This document shows, piece after piece, positions 59,604 to 64,000 of a stretch of 64,000 nucleotides of DNA. The stretch covers positions 15,314,001 to 15,378,000 of the forward strand of contig CATNEN010000038.1 in NCBI GenBank assembly GCA_950097015.1. Reading direction: 5' to 3'. The DNA is from Macrostomum hystrix (lineage: Eukaryota; Animalia; Platyhelminthes). A model generated the notes under the pieces. It saw only the letters and a list, made by a program, of their open reading frames with translations, was not told where the DNA came from and did not search any database. Positions within the stretch are counted from its first letter, which is position 1; each line of letters starts with the position of its first letter. A program made the position numbers and the translations under genes.

Positions 59604-61446
59604 CACCTGTTCCAAAACAGTGTAAGAGAGATACCTGTGTCCACACCTGTGTGAGAGAGATACCTGTGTCCAAAACCGTGTGAGAGAGATACCTGTGTCC
59701 ACACCTGTGTGAGAGAGATACCTGTTCCAAAACAGTGTAAGAGAGATACCTGTGTCCACACCTGTGTGAGAGAGATACCTGTGTCCAAAACCGTGTGAGA
59801 GAGATACCTGTGTCCACACCTGTGTGAGAGAGATACCTGTGTCCAAAACCGTGTGAGAGAGATACCTGTGTCCACACCTGTGTGAGAGAGATACCTGTTC
59901 CAAAACAGTGTAAGAGAGATACCTGTGTCCACACCTGTGTGAGAGAGATACCTGTGTCCACAACCGTGTGAGAGAGATACCTGTGTCCACAACCGTGTGA
60001 GAGAGATACCTGTGTCCACACCTGTGTGAGAGAGATACCTGTGTCCACAACCGTGTGAGAGAGATTCCTGTTTGACACCGGTGTGTGAGAGAGATTCCTG
60101 TTTGACACCGGTGTGTGAGAGAGATTCCTGTTTGTCACCGGTGTGTGAGAGAGATTCCTGTTTGACACCGGTGTGTGAGAGAGATTCCTGTTTGTCACCG
60201 GTGTGTGAGAGAGATTCCTGTTTGTCACCGGTGTGTGAGAGAGATTCCTGTTTGACACCGGTGTGTGAGAGAGATTCCTGTTTGTCACCGGTGTGTGAGA
60301 GAGATTCCTGTTTGTCACCGGTGTGTGAGAGAGATTCCTGTTTGACACCGGTGTGTGAGAGAGATTCCTGTTTGACACCGGTGTGTGAGAGAGATTCCTG
60401 TTTGACACCGGTGTGTGAGAGAGATTATTGTTTGTCACCGGTGTGTGAGAGAGATTCCTGTTTGACACCGGTGTGTGAGAGAGATTCCTGTTTGACACCG
60501 GTGTGTGAGAGAGATTCCTGTTTGTCACCGGTGTGTGAGAGAGATTCCTGTTTGACACCGGTGTGTGAGAGAGATTCCTGTTTGTCACCGGTGTGTGAGA
60601 GAGATTCCTGTTTGTCACCGGTGTGTGAGAGAGATTCCTGTTTGACACCGGTGTGTGAGAGAGATTCCTGTTTGACACCGGTGTGTGAGAGAGATTCCTG
60701 TTTGACACCGGTGTGTGAGAGAGATTATTGTTTGACACCGGTGTGTGAGAGAGATTCCTGTTTGACACCGGTGTGTGAGAGAGATTCCTGTTTGACACCG
60801 GTGTGTGAGAGAGATTCCTGTTTGACACCGGTGTGTGAGAGAGATTATTGTTTGACACCGGTGTGTGAGAGAGATTCCTGTTTGACACCGGTGTGTGAGA
60901 GAGATTCCTGTTTGTCACCGGTGTGTGAGAGAGATTATTGTTTGACACCGGTGTGTGAGAGAGATTATTGTTTGACACCGGTGTGTGAGAGAGATTATTG
61001 TTTGACACCGGTGTGTGAGAGAGATTCCTGTTTGTCACCGGTGTGTGAGAGAGATTATTGTTTGACACCGGTGTGTGAGAGAGATTCCTGTTTGACACCG
61101 GTGTGTGAGAGAGATTCCTGTTTGTCACCGGTGTGTGAGAGAGATTCCTGTTTGTCACCGGTGTGTGAGAGAGATTCCTGTTTGTCACCGGTGTGTGAGA
61201 GAGATTATTGTTTGACACCGGTGTGTGAGAGAGATTCCTGTTTGACACCGGTGTGTGAGAGAGATTCCTGTTTGACACCGGTGTGTGAGAGAGATTATTG
61301 TTTGACACCGGTGTGTGAGAGAGATTCCTGTTTGTCACCGGTGTGTGAGAGAGATTCCTGTTTGTCACCGGTGTGTGAGAGAGATTCCTGTTTGTCACCG
61401 GTGTGTGAGAGAGATTCCTGTTTGACACCGGTGTGTGTGAGAGATA
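59604..61446. repeat. Compound minisatellite: about 27-28-bp GAGAGATACCTGTGTCCAC.. units, then 30-bp (GAGATTCCTGTTTGACACCGGTGTGTGAGA)n
   Basis: Unit switches at about 60060; two biallelic sites in the 30-mer. Confidence 0.96.
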
Positions 61447-62535
61447 CCTCTGGTACCTGTGTCTATGGTACCATACGTACTTTTGTCTATGGTACATATG
61501 CGGGGCTCTGCCCTCACATCCCCCAAACAACAACGAACTAAAAAATGCAGCATATTCTATGGTTATAAATCCGCCTCGAGACCATTAAAATGAAGCCTCG
61601 GACGTTTCCAACCACAGAATGTGAATTAAACGACGTTTAATTATTTACTTATTCAAAGCTTGGCCCAAATTCGGGCCATGGCAGTCGGGACCGGCTGTGT
61701 TTGTTGTAGCGAGCTTTCTTGCCATAGACACAGAAAATTTTCCCGTTGGCTTTGGGTGTGAAGCCGTGACCAGAATTCGGGCCATCCGGCTCATAGTTAT
61801 TTAAGCAGAATTTTTCTGGATTTCATAAAATTTCTACCCACCTTGACTGGCAGGTGGGTGGGTATCGCATTAATCCGCTTCATTAAAAAGTGGAACAATT
61901 TAATTCTCGTTTTATTTTGCTCTGCCTCTTGCCTTTGGCACCGAAATTGATAACCGACACCATCCAAAAAGCTATTCGATTTTTATTTCATCCCGCATCA
62001 TTGCTTCCCAAACAAGCGACCTGCAGTTCGTTCGTGTTCTCGCAAAACAACAACTGGGTGGTGAAGGGGTAAGGCTGGGATAAAATTCATTAATAAATAC
62101 AATCCGTGGCGGACGCACACTTTGCCCAAGAATTCCGTCAACAGTCGGACCAACTCAGCGCCGATTTGAGCCGGGAAAAACAGTTCAATGAAATTCGCTG
62201 TGAGTGCGTTTGTGTTTCGTGAGTCACGATCGACAATTCGGCCGTGTTAGAGTTGAGGCAATATCACCATCGCCGCAGTGATTAATGCTTGCTCAAATGC
62301 GCGCCGATTGAGTCCTAAGCTCAAGAGAGTACAAGATAGAAGATGAATAGGGTGAGATTAATGTCGAGATGCTGTGAGACATGTGATCTCATCGTGAGAT
62401 CTAATGCTGTTAGGCATAAAATCTTATTAAATTATTAAACTTAATATTCGACTAACTTATTGATTTCAAATTGAATTGAAATGCATTTATGCTTTACCAG
62501 ATCGCACCAATTTGACGGCACATCACAAAGCAGCA

Positions 62536-62601
62536 ATGTCCAACTGCATGGGAGTTTGCGCTTGCATGATTAGCCAGAATCACGCTCTGTTTCACCAGCA
62601 T

Positions 62602-62633
<32 letters not shown>

Positions 62634-62914
62634 GCAGCAGTACTCCGTCTGGTCATTGACTCGAGGAAATATTGAAGTGAATTTATCCACGGATAATTGC
62701 GCATTAGCTCACGAGATACCGGCAACTGTTGATTGGCAAAATCGAACTGGCCGAGATGTGGCCCGCGTGTTGCTAACCACCTACCTGTCACCGCCTGTCA
62801 TAATAGTCACCGTGCTAACGAACATTACCATCTGCGCTGTGTTGACCAGGAAACATATGGTGTCACCGACTAATATCATACTGCTGTGCATGGCACTGGC
62901 CGATATGCTAACGG
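62536..62914 (+). CDS. Class A peptide GPCR (sex-peptide/MIP receptor-like), exon encoding N-terminus, TM1 and TM2; gene continues beyond the window
   Basis: YLSPPVIIVTVLTNITICAVLTRKHMVSPTNIILLCMALADMLTG; donor G|GTGAGT at 62914; acceptor TTTACCAG at 62500; polyQ in the N-terminus. Confidence 0.85.
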
Positions 62915-62964
62915 GTGAGTGAGACTTCCTGCATCAGTGGGATCTGTGCCACGAATCATTGGTG

Positions 62965-64000
62965 CGATAAATCCTACGTGGGATAAATCCTAGGTTAGAT
63001 AAATCCTAGGTTAGATAAATCCTAGGTGGGAAAAATCCTAGGTTACATAAGTCCTAGGTTACATAAATCCTAGGTTAGATAAATCCTAGGTTATATAAAT
63101 CCTAGGTTACATAAATCCAAGGTTAGATAAATCCTAGGTTGCATAAGTCCTAGGTTAGATAAATCCTAGGTTACATAAATCCTAGGCTAGATAAATCCTA
63201 GGTTGCATAAGTCCTAGGTTAGATAAATCCTAGGTTGCATAAATCCTAGGCTAGATAAATCCTATAGATCAGATAAATCCTAGGTGAAAAAATCCTTGGT
63301 TTGATAAATCATATAGGTTAGATAAATCCTAGGTAGGATGAATCTTAGGTGGGATGAATCTTAGGTGGGATGAATCTTTGGTGGGATGAATCTTAGGTGG
63401 GATGAATCTTAGGTGGGATGAATCTTAGGTGGGATGAATCTTAGGTGGGATGAATCTTAGGTGGGATGAATCTTAGGTGGGATGAATCTTAGGTGGGATG
63501 AATCTTAGGTGGGATGAATCTTAGGTGGGATGAATCTTAGGTGGGATGAATCTTATATTAGGTGGGATGAATCTTAGGTGGGATGAATCTTAGGTGGGAT
63601 GAATCTTAGGTGGGATGAATCTTAGGTGGGATAAATCTTAGGTGGGATGAATCTTAGGTGGGATAAATCTTAGGTGGGATGAATCTTAGGTGGGATGAAT
63701 CTTTGGTGGGATAAATCTTAGGTGGGATAAATCTTAGGTGGGATAAATCTTAGGTGGGATAAATCTTAGGTGGGATAAATCTTAGGTGGGATAAATCTTA
63801 GGTGGGATAAATCTTAGGTGGGATGAATCTTAGGTGGGATAAATCTTAGGTGGGATGAATCTTAGGTGGGATGAATCTTAGGTGGGATAAATCTTAGGTG
63901 GGATGAATCTTAGGTGGGATAAATCTTAGGTAGGATGAATCTTAGGTGGGATGAATCTTAGGTGGGATGAATCTTAGGTGGGATGAATCTTAGGTGGGAT
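62965..64000. repeat. 16-bp minisatellite GATAAATCCTAGGTTA drifting to GATGAATCTTAGGTGG, in the GPCR intron
   Basis: Directly visible; switch at about 63335. Confidence 0.96.

Noticed and set aside
63335-64000. TTAGGTGGG-containing repeat as a telomere
   Set aside because: It is a 16-bp unit that grades from the adjacent CCTAGG repeat and follows a GPCR splice donor, so it is intronic.

Overview
Eukaryotic (animal) genomic DNA with GT-AG introns, GC-rich exons and a very high load of minisatellites. The style suggests a free-living flatworm such as Macrostomum (inference, not proven). By hand-splicing I reconstructed ten protein-coding loci with phase-consistent exons: (1) a secreted or GPI-type mucin-like protein with a Kazal-like Cys cluster and two furin sites (-, 20-2898); (2) a C10orf88/PAAT-like gene split by an 11.2-kb repeat-filled intron (+, ~6790-18797); (3) a secreted PAN/Apple-like plus ALK/LTK-type glycine-rich-domain protein (-, 22987-26022); (4) a small heat-shock protein (+); (5) a PDZ plus synaptopodin/myozenin-motif protein (-); (6,7) a head-to-head pair of small orphan membrane proteins; (8) a secreted WSC plus PAN-like protein (-); (9) a high-affinity choline transporter SLC5A7 (+); (10) the first TM-coding exon of a sex-peptide/MIP-type peptide GPCR (+). 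Non-coding content: two tRNA-derived SINE families (one with a MIR-like CORE domain), a P-like MITE and a hAT/Charlie-like MITE (both with 8-bp TSDs), a third dispersed repeat, and about 30 different tandem arrays. Many arrays are built on palindromes and nearly every long intron has its own. Most long ORFs in the supplied track are translations of these arrays. No CRISPR, rRNA or intact tRNA was found. All family assignments are by motif recognition, not database search.
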